Source of the DNA: Sulfurospirillaceae bacterium
Lineage (GTDB): Bacteria; Campylobacterota; Campylobacteria; Campylobacterales; Sulfurospirillaceae
NCBI GenBank assembly: GCA_033723415.1
Contig: JAWVXD010000001.1
Span: forward strand, 384,001-448,000
Direction: 5' to 3'
Length of the DNA: 64,000 bases
The position numbers and the translations under genes were made by a program. The notes under the pieces are model-generated. The model was not told the DNA's origin. It did no database searches and saw nothing but the letters and a program-made list of their open reading frames with translations. Each line of letters opens with the position of its first letter. Within the stretch, counting starts at the first letter, position 1. Below, piece by piece: positions 10,541-20,616 of this stretch.

Positions 10541-11764
10541 TTATTGATCTAATTTTCTTGCCGTGTTGTTCCAAAGTTTTGGCAAAAATATCAACATGAT
10601 CACAATAGATGAGACTCCTTGCAATGTTATAGTATACTGTGCTCCTATATAGTGAGACATAGTTCCTACAAGCAAAGCTCCCAAAGGCTGCATGCCAAAA
10701 AATGCCATAGCAAAGTAACTAATAACTCTTCCTCTCATCTCCACTGATGATGTTGTCTGCAACAAAGTATTGATTATTGCTATGAGCATCATCATGCCAA
10801 AGCCTGTGATTGAAGCAAATAATAAAGCTAGCACTAAAGTGTGAGTATTTGAAAACAATATCAAACCAATGCCAAATATTGCATTTGCAAATATAAGAAT
10901 CTTCCTTAGATCGGCACTTGATTTAAAAGAAGCCAAGGTAATCGCTCCACAAAATGCACCTATACCTATAAAGCTATTAAGATATCCATAAGTTGAGGCA
11001 TTGCCTCCTAGTGTAACTTTAGCTATAACAGGGAGTAAAGCAACATATGGCAAAACAAGAAGACTTACTAAAGACAATAATAAGATCAATATACCGATCC
11101 TTGGAGTAGTTACTATATAAGCCAAACCTTCTTTTAGATCCTCTAGCACTTTTTTGGAACTCACGGTAGGAATGTAATCAGGTAACCTCATCATGAGAAG
11201 AGAAATAATAACAGCTATAAAACTAAAAGAATTTAGTGCAAAACAAAAACCTGCTCCAAATTTATCTAACACTATACCTGATATCGCAGGACCAAAGAGT
11301 CTTGCCAAATTCACCATAGAAGAGTTTAGAGCTATGGCATTGCCAAGATGCTCTTTGTTATCAACCATATGATGAACCAAAGATTGTCTCGTTGGTACGT
11401 CAAAAGCATTTATAATCCCAAGTAAAATGCTTAGTGCCAATATCTCCCACACCGTATATGCGGTAAAAAATACGATCAATGTCATGAGTATTGCTTGAAT
11501 CATCGATGCGATCTGTGTTGCCAGCAACATCTTGTATCGATTGTGTCTATCGGCGATGGTACCGCCTAAAAGTGAAAATAAAAATGAAGGAAATTGTGTA
11601 GCAAAGACGGCAACTCCAAGCATAAAAGCAGACTGTGTTTTTGCATAGATTATCCAATAAACTGCTGTTCTTTGTATCCAAGTACCTGTCAGAGATATGG
11701 ATTGTCCAAAAAAGAACAGCCTGTAGTTGCGACTGCGAAATGCGTTAAAGGTGTTGATATTCAT
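10541..11764 (-). CDS. MFS transporter (MFS_3/DUF894 type)
   Basis: RNYRLFFFGQSISLTGTWIQ start; about 12 TM helices; GTIADR motif A. Confidence 0.9.
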   Translation of the reverse strand: MNINTFNAFRSRNYRLFFFGQSISLTGTWIQRTAVYWIIYAKTQSAFMLGVAVFATQFPSFLFSLLGGTIADRHNRYKMLLATQIASMIQAILMTLIVFFTAYTVWEILALSILLGIINAFDVPTRQSLVHHMVDNKEHLGNAIALNSSMVNLARLFGPAISGIVLDKFGAGFCFALNSFSFIAVIISLLMMRLPDYIPTVSSKKVLEDLKEGLAYIVTTPRIGILILLLSLVSLLVLPYVALLPVIAKVTLGGNASTYGYLNSFIGIGAFCGAITLASFKSSADLRKILIFANAIFGIGLILFSNTHTLVLALLFASITGFGMMMLIAIINTLLQTTSSVEMRGRVISYFAMAFFGMQPLGALLVGTMSHYIGAQYTITLQGVSSIVIMLIFLPKLWNNTARKLDQ

Positions 11765-11866
11765 GAGTTTTGGCTGCTTTGTTTTTATCTGTTTTTATCT
11801 TGAAATGCTATCACTTTTATACTTAATTTTTGTGTTATAATATCGAAATTTTAAAGAAGGCTACTT

Positions 11867-13381
11867 TTGAGCGACATTATATTATGTACATTTAACGCAA
11901 GATACACTCATACATCCATAGGACTCCGATATATCTATGCTAATCTAAAAGAACTAAGAGAAAATTCAAAGATCATAGAATTTGTTATAAATACAAGCAT
12001 AGAAGATGCGGTAGAAAAAGTTTTGAATGAAAGTCCAAAGATCATAGGCATAGGAGCTTATATCTGGAATGCCGTAGAAGTCAGTGATTTTATAGATCTA
12101 GTGAAAAAAATCTCACCTGATACGATTATTGTAGTAGGAGGGCCGGAAGCGAGTTATTTTCCTCACAGAGTCGATTTCAGCCAGGCCGATTACTTTATAC
12201 TAGGCGAGGGTGATGTTGCTTTTTATGACCTGTGTAAAGCTATATATGAAGATAGGGCACCAAAAGAGAAAAATATAAAAGCACCCATAGTAGATATGAG
12301 CCAGATTGAACTTCCGTATAAATATTATGACGACAATGATGTAGCCCATAGGTACGCATATGTAGAAGCAAGCAGGGGCTGTCCTTATAAGTGTGAATTT
12401 TGTCTCTCTTCACTTGATAAAAAAGTACGTCACATTGATGCCGCTAGATTTTTAGATGAGATTGAAATACTCTGGAATAGAGGAGTGAGAAGTTTCAAGT
12501 TTATAGACAGGACATTTAATCTTAGGATAGAAACGGCAAATAAATTGATGGATTTTTTCTTATCAAAAGAGGGAACTTATTTTGTGCATTTTGAAGTCAT
12601 ACCTGATCATTTTCCTGAGTCTTTAAAAGAGAGGATCGTGCAGTTTCCACCAGCTTCTTTACAGCTAGAAATAGGGATTCAGACACTCAATCCTGATATT
12701 TCCAAAAACATAAATAGAAAACTTAATATAAAGAAGATCCAAGAAAATCTTGCTTTTTTAGAAAATCAAACAAAAGCACATCTTCATGTAGATTTGATTG
12801 CGGGACTTCCAGGAGAGAGCTTGGAAGGCTTTGGAGAAAATCTTGACAAATTACATAAAATGACAAACTGTGAGATTCAACTGGGTATACTCAAAAAACT
12901 CTCAGGCACGACACTAAATAGACATGACAAAGAATACGGGATGGTATACTCAGACAAACCGCCATATGACATACTGCAAAATGATCTTATACCGTTTGAA
13001 AAAATGCAAGAAATGAAACGATTTGCAAGATTTTGGGATTTAGTATATAACAGTGGAAATTTTAAAAAATGTGTCGATTATATCTGGAGTGATGGAAAAG
13101 TTTACGACGGATTTTTGGCCTTTTCAAACTGGTTGTACAAGCAGACAGAATCTACATGGCAAATTTCTCTAGATAGACTGGCTAAGCTTTTATATGAGTA
13201 TTTAACTATAGAGTTAAATGTAGATATGATAGAGCTAAAAGATCGACTCATAGAAGACTTAAGTGTAGTAAGAGGACGTAAAATACCAAAATTTTTAAGG
13301 ATTGAAGATAACAAACAAAATAAAAAAGAAAACGATACTCCTACGTTCAACAAACGACAACTAAAACATTCCGGGATATAG
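11867..13381 (+). CDS. B12-binding radical SAM protein (DUF4080-type)
   Basis: N-terminal B12-binding domain (GGPEAS); SRGCPYKCEFC CxxxCxxC. Confidence 0.9.
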   Translation: MSDIILCTFNARYTHTSIGLRYIYANLKELRENSKIIEFVINTSIEDAVEKVLNESPKIIGIGAYIWNAVEVSDFIDLVKKISPDTIIVVGGPEASYFPHRVDFSQADYFILGEGDVAFYDLCKAIYEDRAPKEKNIKAPIVDMSQIELPYKYYDDNDVAHRYAYVEASRGCPYKCEFCLSSLDKKVRHIDAARFLDEIEILWNRGVRSFKFIDRTFNLRIETANKLMDFFLSKEGTYFVHFEVIPDHFPESLKERIVQFPPASLQLEIGIQTLNPDISKNINRKLNIKKIQENLAFLENQTKAHLHVDLIAGLPGESLEGFGENLDKLHKMTNCEIQLGILKKLSGTTLNRHDKEYGMVYSDKPPYDILQNDLIPFEKMQEMKRFARFWDLVYNSGNFKKCVDYIWSDGKVYDGFLAFSNWLYKQTESTWQISLDRLAKLLYEYLTIELNVDMIELKDRLIEDLSVVRGRKIPKFLRIEDNKQNKKENDTPTFNKRQLKHSGI

Positions 13382-13382
13382 A

Positions 13383-14114
13383 TTACTTCCAGATATCTTC
13401 TTCGTCTAAAGATGGATTATTTTGCAATATCTTGTATGGTTCGTAATTTGCTTTGTAATTTAGACTATTGCAGTCTTTTACATAATAGCCAAGATAAATC
13501 CAGTCTAAGTTAAAATTTTTAGCAAGTTGAATTTGAACATAGATTGAATATCTACCAAGCGAAAAGTCTGCATATTCTGGATCATAATAAAAATAAATGG
13601 AAGAAATTCCATTGTCCATAAAATCAATAAGATCAACTGCTACAAGTTTATTATCGATAAAGTAAAGCACCTCTTTACCAAATTTTCCTGCTCCTGACAT
13701 ATATAGATCAAAATAACTACTTGGTTTTATTTTATAGCTTTTCCAACCTTTTTTATATTCCATATGTGCATGATACTTTTCATAAATTTCAAGATGTTCA
13801 TTTGAAAGGGTTGGTTTTTGTATAGTATATACTGTTTTTTGATTTTTCCGGATGGTTCGTCTTGCACTTTTGCTAAAAGTATAATTTTTTGCATCTATTT
13901 TCAGACTTTTACATTCGTTGCAATTATCACAATTTGGTCGGGAGTAATAATTACCAAATCTTCTCCAGCCTCTTTTTACCAGTTTATCGTTTAAACTACT
14001 AGTACAGTTCTCTATATATTTATATTCCATTCTAGAGCGTTTATCACTAAGATAAGAACATTGATTCGCTAAAGTTGAAAACTCGATAATTTTGGTGGAT
14101 AGCTGCATATTCAT
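13383..14114 (-). CDS. Bacterial arginyl/leucyl-tRNA protein transferase (ATE/Bpt family)
   Basis: CSYL, GWRRFG, SSIYFYYDP, SLG and YLGYYV..C.SL.YK motifs. Confidence 0.9.
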   Translation of the reverse strand: MNMQLSTKIIEFSTLANQCSYLSDKRSRMEYKYIENCTSSLNDKLVKRGWRRFGNYYSRPNCDNCNECKSLKIDAKNYTFSKSARRTIRKNQKTVYTIQKPTLSNEHLEIYEKYHAHMEYKKGWKSYKIKPSSYFDLYMSGAGKFGKEVLYFIDNKLVAVDLIDFMDNGISSIYFYYDPEYADFSLGRYSIYVQIQLAKNFNLDWIYLGYYVKDCNSLNYKANYEPYKILQNNPSLDEEDIWK

Positions 14115-14118
14115 TGAG

Positions 14119-14289
14119 TTAGCCTATTTTTTTAATACCGCTATCTTTGACAAATTCTAAAAACTCGTCTTTTAATTTTTTTTCTTTTCTTGCTTTCTCT
14201 TCTTCAATTCTCTTATCATTCTCTATTTTTTCATTTTCTTTCATATTATTTTTTAAATTTTTTAAATCGTCAAATAACGAATTTTGCAT
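14119..14289 (-). CDS. Small charged hypothetical protein (56 aa, absent from the ORF track)
   Basis: MQNSLFDDLKNLK...KDSGIKKIG*; GGAG SD; co-oriented with both neighbours. Confidence 0.7.
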   Translation of the reverse strand: MQNSLFDDLKNLKNNMKENEKIENDKRIEEEKARKEKKLKDEFLEFVKDSGIKKIG

Positions 14290-14316
14290 TTTATCTCCAA
14301 GCTATATTTTTATTAA

Positions 14317-15114
14317 TTATATCAAAATAAATTCATTCTCCAATAAATTTGAAATCATAATATGATCACCTAGTGTTTTTCCCAATCCCAATATGATCTT
14401 TATAGCCTCGCTACATTGCACTGAAGCTGCAAATGTCACAGAGAATGAAGGATTTCCTATACTCTTTTCAATCCCGCTACTACCGGTCTTATAGAGATTT
14501 TCTAGTGTTAAGTTTGTACAGAACTGACCATTTAATCCGGCTATGGCACCATGTACGAAGTTTAATCCATTTTCCTTACACTCAATTGACAATTCAAGCT
14601 TTGTTCCAGGGTTGTCTAATGCATCTATTACAACATTTGCAGTCGAGATAAAATCAAGATCATTTTTTGGTTTAAACTTTTTTACATAAGCGTTTATCTG
14701 AATAGACGGATTGATCCTTTCTAGTTCCTCTTTTGCAACTAGGACTTTTTCTCTGCCAAGTGTTGCATAATTTGAAAAATTTTGCCTGTTAAGATTGTGC
14801 TCTTCAAAAATATCAAAATCAAATAAAGAGAGTTTTCCAACTCCGATTCTGGTCAAAATTTCTGCTATATGCCCACCGAGACCTCCACATCCTATAATAG
14901 CAATATGCGATTCCAAAAGTTTTAGCTGATCTTTTACACATATCGTTGATTGATTTCGCTTATATCTAAGAGGAGTTATATTATTTTTTAGTGCTATCTT
15001 CTCAACTTCTCGCAAAGTCGTTTGAAATTTTTGTGCAGCCTTCTTATGTAGGTCCATAGGCAAATAATTGTCATATAAGTTGTCTAACAAATAATTTAAT
15101 ATTTTTTGTTGCAT
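14317..15114 (-). CDS. ThiF/MoeB/HesA-family adenylyltransferase
   Basis: IIGCGGLG, DFD..EEHNLNRQ and DALDN motifs. Confidence 0.92.
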   Translation of the reverse strand: MQQKILNYLLDNLYDNYLPMDLHKKAAQKFQTTLREVEKIALKNNITPLRYKRNQSTICVKDQLKLLESHIAIIGCGGLGGHIAEILTRIGVGKLSLFDFDIFEEHNLNRQNFSNYATLGREKVLVAKEELERINPSIQINAYVKKFKPKNDLDFISTANVVIDALDNPGTKLELSIECKENGLNFVHGAIAGLNGQFCTNLTLENLYKTGSSGIEKSIGNPSFSVTFAASVQCSEAIKIILGLGKTLGDHIMISNLLENEFILI

Positions 15115-15177
15115 TCTAAATCCTATTAGTGTTATAATTGTTCATAAATACTTCAAATAAAGTCTGGAGGCAAACAA

Positions 15178-15465
15178 TTGATAAAAATCACTTTTAATGC
15201 TTTCTCATTTTTGAGAGAAAAGCTCAAAAAGCAAAATATCCCATATGTCAATGCCCTTATGGAATTTCCAGATAATTATACACCAAACCTTATAATAAAA
15301 AAGTTTGGCTACGATGATAGAGAAGTGGAAGCAGTATTTATAAACGGAAAAGTAATGCCAAAAGATACTGTTTTAAAAACTGGCGATAGACTAGCTCTAT
15401 TGCCTCCTGGAACTCCTGGATGTTATCGCCTGATACTCGGCATAAAACAAGAGGAGGGTGCTTGA
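15178..15465 (+). CDS. MoaD/ThiS-like ubiquitin-fold protein with non-canonical C-terminus
   Basis: VFINGK...LKTGDRLALLPPG beta-grasp pattern; lacks terminal GG. Confidence 0.7.
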   Translation: MIKITFNAFSFLREKLKKQNIPYVNALMEFPDNYTPNLIIKKFGYDDREVEAVFINGKVMPKDTVLKTGDRLALLPPGTPGCYRLILGIKQEEGA

Positions 15466-15711
15466 TCAGCCCCCTCCAACTTTAGGGAATATAGAAAAAA
15501 TATGTCCATCCTCTAGCACAAAATCTTCTTCTATGTGTCTTCCGTTTACCATTAAAACACCGATAGGAAGCCTTTCTTGATCAATACCAATATCTTCTAG
15601 AACAAATTTGGCAGTAGTCCCTTTTGGGTACTGCCTAGTATCTGCTTTAAATCTGCCTTCTCGATATTGTGCGAAAAGCTTCACGGTGATTGTAATCATC
15701 TCGGCCATCAA
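15466..15711 (-). CDS. MoaD/ThiS sulfur carrier protein
   Basis: ITVKLFA...VNGR...FPKVGGG with C-terminal GG. Confidence 0.9.
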   Translation of the reverse strand: MMAEMITITVKLFAQYREGRFKADTRQYPKGTTAKFVLEDIGIDQERLPIGVLMVNGRHIEEDFVLEDGHIFSIFPKVGGG

Positions 15712-17450
15712 AAATTCCAGAACTCATCAATCTCTTCATTTGTAAAGTCCCAAGTTACATTATGTGGTGGAAGAGCTTCGTATTTCATAAACTCAGGTAG
15801 TCTGTCGTCATGTTTAGTTAATCCTGCGTTTAGGTTAAACTCATGTTCTGTTTTGAGTATGTTTTTACCAAGATTCATAACATCATCAGTTGTTAAATTT
15901 ATACCAAATCTTGCATTTATCATATCTATCAAAGCAGGCAAACACTTCGGATCATCAAGCGCCGGGAATGCAACAAAGATACACATGCCAGTACTGTCAA
16001 CAGCGGCAGATGCTATCTGAAGATTACGCGCTAACTCTACTTGACCTTCTTTCTTTAATGGATCTACATGACCACCACTGTTTAATATATTTGTGGCAAC
16101 TGCATAACCTGCAGTATGATCAGCACCCATTGGAGTAGTTGCATAAGTGATACCTTGACCTTTTACGGCTCTTGGTTCATAAGCAGGAATACTTTGGTTC
16201 TTTACAACAGGTACACGAACTAATCCATACAATTTACCTAGATTACCGGCACCTGAACCTACGATTCTACCAAGATGAGTTCCTTCGCAAACTTCATACT
16301 TTAGTATCTCGTATGCTCTGTCTCCATCTCCAAATTCAATAAGCCCGGCATCAACTGCAAGTCCAAGAGTTACACCTGTTTCGATTGCATCGACTCCCAT
16401 ATCATCCATCAAAGCATCTATCTTTGCAATCTGATCCAAGTCTCTAATACCTAGATTTGCACCAAAAGCCCAAATCATCTCATATTCAAAACCGGAAGTT
16501 AGATATTTACCTTCTTTATCGTTATATGTTTGAGAACACTGAATAACGCAGCCTGCATGACAACCGTGAGTCGTGCTACCGCCTCTGGCTTTAATATTTT
16601 CAGCCATTGTCTCGCCACAGATATTTTCTGCATTATCAGAATAACCTGATCTGAAATTTCGAGTCGGTAAGCCTCCTGCCTCATTTATGATATTTACCAA
16701 AACATTTGTTCCAAACGCCGGTAATCCTTCACCGCTGATAGGATTGTCTTGAAGAGCTTTTGTAAAAATCTTACTCGCTTCTTTGAATTTTTCTACATCT
16801 ACGATACTTGCACTGGCTTCATTGAACTTTTCTGCATCTACGGTGATACACTTGATCTTTTTAGAACCCATAACAGCACCGAGTCCACCACGTCCGTGAC
16901 TTCTTAGTTTTCCTTTTGGATCTTTTACAGAAACATTGGATATGAGCATTTTCATCTCTCCCGGACGTCCTATACTCATCACTGCTACTTTTTTATCATA
17001 TTTTTCCATCATAGCATCTAAAACAAAATAGTTATCTTTTCCAACAAGTTCAGGAACTTTGTGTATTTCTATGTTTTCTTTTGTTACATGGATATGATAA
17101 AACGTACTATCATCTTTAGGCATACCTTCGATTATCAGTGCTTTTACACCGAGTTTTGCCATAATACCGGCAGATGTTCCGCCGACATTACTTTCTTTTA
17201 TACCGCCTGTCAATGGACTCTTTGCCCCAAGAGAGTTTCTTCCGCTGTTTGACGCACTTGTACCGGAAAGCAGTCCCGGAGCAAAAACAAGCTTGTTATT
17301 TGGCCCAAGAGGGTGACATTCCGGATCAACTTCCGCAGCAACGATTGTAGAGGTCAATCCTCTACCTCCTAATCCCATCCAAGCCTCAGGAACATTTTCA
17401 ATCTTAAAACTAAGATCTGACATATTCACTCTGTAAATTTTGTCTGACAT
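15708..17450 (-). CDS. aor: Tungsten-containing aldehyde:ferredoxin oxidoreductase
   Basis: AKSPLTGGIKESN, GRGGLGAVMGSK, CH.GC.IQC, EYE and MGADHT AOR-family motifs. Confidence 0.92.
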   Translation of the reverse strand: MSDKIYRVNMSDLSFKIENVPEAWMGLGGRGLTSTIVAAEVDPECHPLGPNNKLVFAPGLLSGTSASNSGRNSLGAKSPLTGGIKESNVGGTSAGIMAKLGVKALIIEGMPKDDSTFYHIHVTKENIEIHKVPELVGKDNYFVLDAMMEKYDKKVAVMSIGRPGEMKMLISNVSVKDPKGKLRSHGRGGLGAVMGSKKIKCITVDAEKFNEASASIVDVEKFKEASKIFTKALQDNPISGEGLPAFGTNVLVNIINEAGGLPTRNFRSGYSDNAENICGETMAENIKARGGSTTHGCHAGCVIQCSQTYNDKEGKYLTSGFEYEMIWAFGANLGIRDLDQIAKIDALMDDMGVDAIETGVTLGLAVDAGLIEFGDGDRAYEILKYEVCEGTHLGRIVGSGAGNLGKLYGLVRVPVVKNQSIPAYEPRAVKGQGITYATTPMGADHTAGYAVATNILNSGGHVDPLKKEGQVELARNLQIASAAVDSTGMCIFVAFPALDDPKCLPALIDMINARFGINLTTDDVMNLGKNILKTEHEFNLNAGLTKHDDRLPEFMKYEALPPHNVTWDFTNEEIDEFWNF

Positions 17451-17554
17451 TTTTTCTCCTTTTGAGACATCTGCTATGTATGCCTTATTGTCCCTATTTT
17501 ACGTCTTTTATAATTAAAATAGTATTAAATTTTTTGAATCATTAAATAAAGAAA

Positions 17555-17573
17555 ATATGCAAAATTTGCATAT
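17555..17573. promoter_or_regulatory. Palindromic operator candidate between divergent aor and MFS genes
   Basis: Perfect inverted repeat atatgcaaa-a-tttgcatat. Confidence 0.4.
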
Positions 17574-17687
17574 CTTTTTTTACACACTTTTTTAATTTAG
17601 ACAACATAAAAAGTGAATTTTTGCTATCATAACGGGGAAATTTTAAATCCGATAAAAAATCTTTGATTGTAGGGAACAGAGTAAAAT

Positions 17688-18848
17688 ATGATATCAAAAA
17701 AACAAATCTTGATCATGTCAGCAGCAGCCGGAGTAAATGCCGCAAATATTTATTATTCTCAGCCTATCTTGAATAATATTGCATTAAATCTAAATCTTAG
17801 TCATGGACAGGTTGGAAATCTTCCTGTATTCACACAGGTTGGTTATGGACTTGGATTGTTCTTTTTAACTCCGCTTGGAGATATGATAGATCGAAAAAAG
17901 TTGATAGTATTTTTACAGATCTCATTAGTATTTACTTTATTTGGTATGACGATCATAGATAATATAAATTCTCTATACATATTGAGCCTTATGACAGGAC
18001 TTTTTGCTGTTGCTCCACAAGTAATCATACCTATGGCAGTCTCTATGAGTCCAAACACAAAAGGCAAGGTTGTAGGTACCATATTTAGCGGCCTATTGAT
18101 AGGCATCTTGATAGCTAGGACTTTTAGTGGATATATGGCACATTGGTTCTCTTGGCATACGGTATATGGATTATCTGCTTTATTTGTTTTTCTCTGCATC
18201 GTCTTGGTTCAAAAGACTCTACCAAACATAGAACCAAATTATTCAAGCAGTTATATATCACTTTTAAGATCAACTTTTGTGCAGATGAAACGATTTGCTC
18301 TTTTGAGAAAAGTTTCACTTTTGGGAGTTTTTTCATTTGGTATTTTTTCATCTTTTTGGACTACACTGACGTTTAGATTAAGTGAGGGGCCATTTCATTA
18401 TAGTAGCGGCACTATAGGGTTATTTGGTATTTTAGCAGTAGGAGGTGCTCTTCTAGCTCCAAAACTTGGTAAACTTTCTGATAGGGTCAATCCTCAATTA
18501 ACAAAATTTTTGGCTGTTTTTACTATCATAATATCCATACTTATGATTAGATGGTTTGACACATATGTATTGGCTTTTGTTCTAGCTACTATTTTACTTG
18601 ACATAGGTGTTCAGGCTATCCAGATAAACAATTTTGCGCAAATTTATACCTTGGATGAAGAAGCTCACAGCAGGATAAATACAGCATACATGACAAGCAT
18701 GTTCCTGGGTGGATCTATCGGTACGTTTATAGGTGTAAAATGCTGGGAGTTTGGCGGATGGAACTTTGTCACTATACAACTTTTATCATGGTCGCTCATA
18801 GCCTTGATTATAGTATCTTCAAGCTATAAAAGTATAAAAAAAACTTAA
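17688..18848 (+). CDS. MFS transporter
   Basis: ANIYYSQP and PLGDMIDRKK motifs; about 12 TM helices. Confidence 0.9.
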   Translation: MISKKQILIMSAAAGVNAANIYYSQPILNNIALNLNLSHGQVGNLPVFTQVGYGLGLFFLTPLGDMIDRKKLIVFLQISLVFTLFGMTIIDNINSLYILSLMTGLFAVAPQVIIPMAVSMSPNTKGKVVGTIFSGLLIGILIARTFSGYMAHWFSWHTVYGLSALFVFLCIVLVQKTLPNIEPNYSSSYISLLRSTFVQMKRFALLRKVSLLGVFSFGIFSSFWTTLTFRLSEGPFHYSSGTIGLFGILAVGGALLAPKLGKLSDRVNPQLTKFLAVFTIIISILMIRWFDTYVLAFVLATILLDIGVQAIQINNFAQIYTLDEEAHSRINTAYMTSMFLGGSIGTFIGVKCWEFGGWNFVTIQLLSWSLIALIIVSSSYKSIKKT

Positions 18849-18982
18849 ATATTTTTCTTCCGACAAGAATCCAAACCTAAAAAATATAGTAAGTACCTTT
18901 TAAGCAAACGGTTCTTATAATGCACCTATAATTTAGGAATAACTTTGCCTAAAACAAGGCAAAAAACTTTATAAGGAAATCC

Positions 18983-19738
18983 ATGAAAAATCCAACTATT
19001 GCACAATTACAAAATAGAAAATCGATCCGACAATTTACAGGAGAAGAGGTTAGTGATTCTGACTTAGATCTTATATTTAGAACTGCTCAAAGAGCACCTA
19101 CTTCGATTAACGGGCAGCAAATAAGCCTTATCTACACAAAAGATAAAGCGATGCTTGAAACAATAGCTGATCTTTGTGGAGGACAAACTCACATAGCCAC
19201 AGCTTCTGTTTTTGTAGGAGTCGTCATCGACTTTAACAGAACCAGTACCATTGTAGAGAGTATAGGTAGGAAACATGTCATAGAACAAAGTGCTGAGGGT
19301 ATTATGGTCGGTGCCGTTGATGCAGGTATCATGTTAGATCACCTCCAAAGTGCCGCAGAGGCCTTAGGCTATGGCACAACTGCCATTGGTGCGGTGCGTG
19401 GTAGGGCAGATGAGATGATCAAGCTTTTTAAGTTGACACAAAAAACATTTTTAGCAGTAGGATGCACGATAGGTGTACCTACAGAAGCTGCAAAAAATGC
19501 CCCGCTGAAACCTCGGGTATCATTGGATAGTTTTGTTATGGAAGGTTCATATGATAGTGAGAAAGTAAAAGCCGGCGCATTAGAGTATGAAAATACTCTC
19601 AAAACTTTTAGAGATGAAACAGGCAGTGGTTCAATGCCGACTTATGCTGAAATGACATCAAAATATTATGCTGATATTTACTATCGAAAAACAGGTAAAA
19701 CCTTGGAAGCGCAAGGATTTGCTTTTAAAGACGAGTAG
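18983..19738 (+). CDS. NfsA/FRP-family nitroreductase
   Basis: RKSIRQF, APTS.NGQ, AAEALGYGT..IG and KPR motifs. Confidence 0.9.
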   Translation: MKNPTIAQLQNRKSIRQFTGEEVSDSDLDLIFRTAQRAPTSINGQQISLIYTKDKAMLETIADLCGGQTHIATASVFVGVVIDFNRTSTIVESIGRKHVIEQSAEGIMVGAVDAGIMLDHLQSAAEALGYGTTAIGAVRGRADEMIKLFKLTQKTFLAVGCTIGVPTEAAKNAPLKPRVSLDSFVMEGSYDSEKVKAGALEYENTLKTFRDETGSGSMPTYAEMTSKYYADIYYRKTGKTLEAQGFAFKDE

Positions 19739-19776
19739 TTATCTTTAAAAAAGGGATAGGCACAAGGGTGGACTAA

Positions 19777-20508
19777 ATGGCTAAAATATTTATCACGGGA
19801 TCAACAGACGGTTTGGGATTTTTGGCTGCACAGATGCTGCTAAAACAGGGGCATAAGGTTGTTCTGCATGCACGAAATAATGAGAGGGCAGAGCAAGTAC
19901 GGCACAAACTCCCGACTGCTGAGAAAGTATTGATTGCGGACCTCTCAAATATCGAAGAGACTAAAAGATTAGCAACTTCAGTCAATGCCTTGGGCCCTTT
20001 TGATGCTATTATACATAATGCGGGAGTTTATCAGGTTTCAAAACAGCTTATCTTTGCTGTCAATACGCTAGCGCCGTATATCTTGACTTGCTTGATACAA
20101 AAACCTAAACGCCTCATCTATATCGGTTCAGACTTGCATCTTCAGGGTGATCCAACTCTTCAAGACTTCTCTCTTGAAACGGGAGCAAGTTATTCTGATT
20201 CTAAATTTCATGTTTTGTTACTCTCCATGGCTGTAGCGCGTAAATGGCCAGATGTTTATGTCAATACCGTTAATCCAGGCTGGGTACCGACGAAAATGGG
20301 TGGTTCGAGTGCGACGGATGATCTGCAAAAAGGGGCTGAGTCACAAGTGTGGCTTGCTGTGAGCAGTGATATTAGAGCTCAAGTAAGTGGTCGTTATATT
20401 TTCCATCAACAAGAAGCGCATTATTTACCAGAAGCAGACGATATAGATACGCAAGAAAAATTGTTGACACTTTGTGAACAGATCAGCGGAATCCATTTTC
20501 CAGATTAG
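19777..20508 (+). CDS. Short-chain dehydrogenase/reductase
   Basis: TGSTDGLG, HNAG, YSDSK and PGWVPTKMGG motifs. Confidence 0.92.
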   Translation: MAKIFITGSTDGLGFLAAQMLLKQGHKVVLHARNNERAEQVRHKLPTAEKVLIADLSNIEETKRLATSVNALGPFDAIIHNAGVYQVSKQLIFAVNTLAPYILTCLIQKPKRLIYIGSDLHLQGDPTLQDFSLETGASYSDSKFHVLLLSMAVARKWPDVYVNTVNPGWVPTKMGGSSATDDLQKGAESQVWLAVSSDIRAQVSGRYIFHQQEAHYLPEADDIDTQEKLLTLCEQISGIHFPD

Positions 20509-20616
20509 AAGAAACCCGTAAATATTATGTTGATATCTACTACCATTTGCTAGTTTAGGATATAAAAAGTATAATTTTCATATAAAAATTAAAACAAGCA
20601 ACATATTGGAGTAAAA

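Noticed and set aside
14147..14365. Phe/Ser-rich plus-strand ORF
   Set aside because: Antisense shadow of the Lys/Glu-rich gene at 14119-14289
20525..20535. ttatgttgata resembling the XerD arm of E. coli-type dif
   Set aside because: No XerC arm at the right spacing; expected by chance in AT-rich DNA
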